DNA of 56,627 nt from a virus (Duplodnaviria; Caudoviricetes). The DNA lies in the IMG/VR virus record IMGVR_UViG_3300027732_000025, positions 1 to 56,627 of that record, one strand, 5' to 3'. Made by a program: the position numbers and the translations under genes. This document shows, in pieces, positions 55,878 through 56,627 of this stretch (position 1 is its first letter; the number at the start of each line of letters is the position of its first letter). The notes beneath the pieces were generated by a model. It saw only the letters and a program-made list of their open reading frames with translations, was not told the DNA's origin and ran no database searches.

Positions 55878-56600
55878 ATGTCCAGCACACTTATTTATTG
55901 CGTTTACATAACACTCTATAGAGGTAATAGACTACCACCATTTTACATTGGTTCTTCCAGTGTGGAAAGAATACATTCTGGTTATAGAGGAAGTGTTCGA
56001 TCAAAAGAATATAAACAAATATGGAATGAAGAAATTAAAAATTCTAGTTATCTGTTTGAAACTAAGATAATATCTCTACATTCAACTCGTCGAGAAGCCA
56101 CCGAAAAAGAACTAAAGATACATTTATTGTTAGATGTGGTGAATAATAAATTATATTCAAATAAATCTACTGCCATGATAAATGGGTTTTTTGGGATGGA
56201 TGTTTCTGGAAAGAATAACCCAAATTTCGGGAAAAAACATAATGTGACAGAAAAATGTAGACAACATCGAAGAGAAAATGGAAAGGAAACAATTTGGTTA
56301 TCGCATGATATGTTAGATAAAACTATTCATGTAAAATTGGAAAAGTATCCATTGTATTATGATCAAGGATGGTATTTAGGTAGAAAAATTAAAACATCTA
56401 AGAAATCTTTACTCAGTATGCAAAAAAGAAGTATTGATAATAATCAAATATCTTACACTTGCCCACATTGTAGTAAAGTTGGAAAGGGTCCTGGGATGAA
56501 ACGATATCATTTCAATAATTGTAGAAAGCAAGAAGTACATACCTCATTTATTGTCTCCGAAGAAATGTTCAAGCGCACCAATCTCCGTAGTTACCTTTGA
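55878..56600 (+). mobile_element. free-standing GIY-YIG (Seg-like) homing endonuclease
   Basis: CVY...FYIGS..GYRGS, E, N; NPNFGKKH; CPHC...H..NC finger; AT-rich; ACTAAATA promoter at 55802-55809. Confidence 0.85.
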
Positions 56601-56627
56601 TTTCTTCTTTGGTTCATCCTCACCACC
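56544..56627 (-). CDS. C-terminus of an upstream gene, probably late sigma factor gp55
   Basis: ...KKKSKVTTEIGALEHFFGDNK*; LxxFF clamp-binding-like end; usual position upstream of gp47. Confidence 0.5.
   Translation of the reverse strand, partial: GGEDEPKKKSKVTTEIGALEHFFGDNK

Overview
This is a 56.6 kb piece of a lytic T4-like myophage genome, mostly coded on the minus strand. Several accessory genes hint weakly at a (beta)proteobacterial host, which is inference only. From left to right it contains: late virion/tail accessory genes; Dps plus two enzymes with T4-type capsid-targeting N-termini; ClpP, a SleB hydrolase, nucleases, a GH19 endolysin, PhoH and a LapG-like protease; a nucleotide and repair region (cd, rnh, ligase, ThyX); many small early ORFs driven by a repeated promoter-in-a-hairpin cassette; a secreted DUF1996 protein; a PlcP/Agt-like lipid-remodelling pair; an RNA locus; and the replication core (gp41, uvsX, gp43, regA, gp62/44/45, gp46/47, probable gp55 end). 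The RNA locus (33.3-36.8 kb) is the most unusual part. It holds a circularly permuted two-piece tmRNA gene (tag ANDNAFLMAA) whose excised spacer carries a 50-codon ORF. Its tag and 3' module appear to have been replaced by an invading GIY-YIG endonuclease, leaving a displaced, structurally equivalent older module (...EFALAA*). It also has 11 tRNAs, an rrn-like boxA and long perfect hairpins enclosing unique loops. All protein calls come from motif recognition by eye; no database searches were run.
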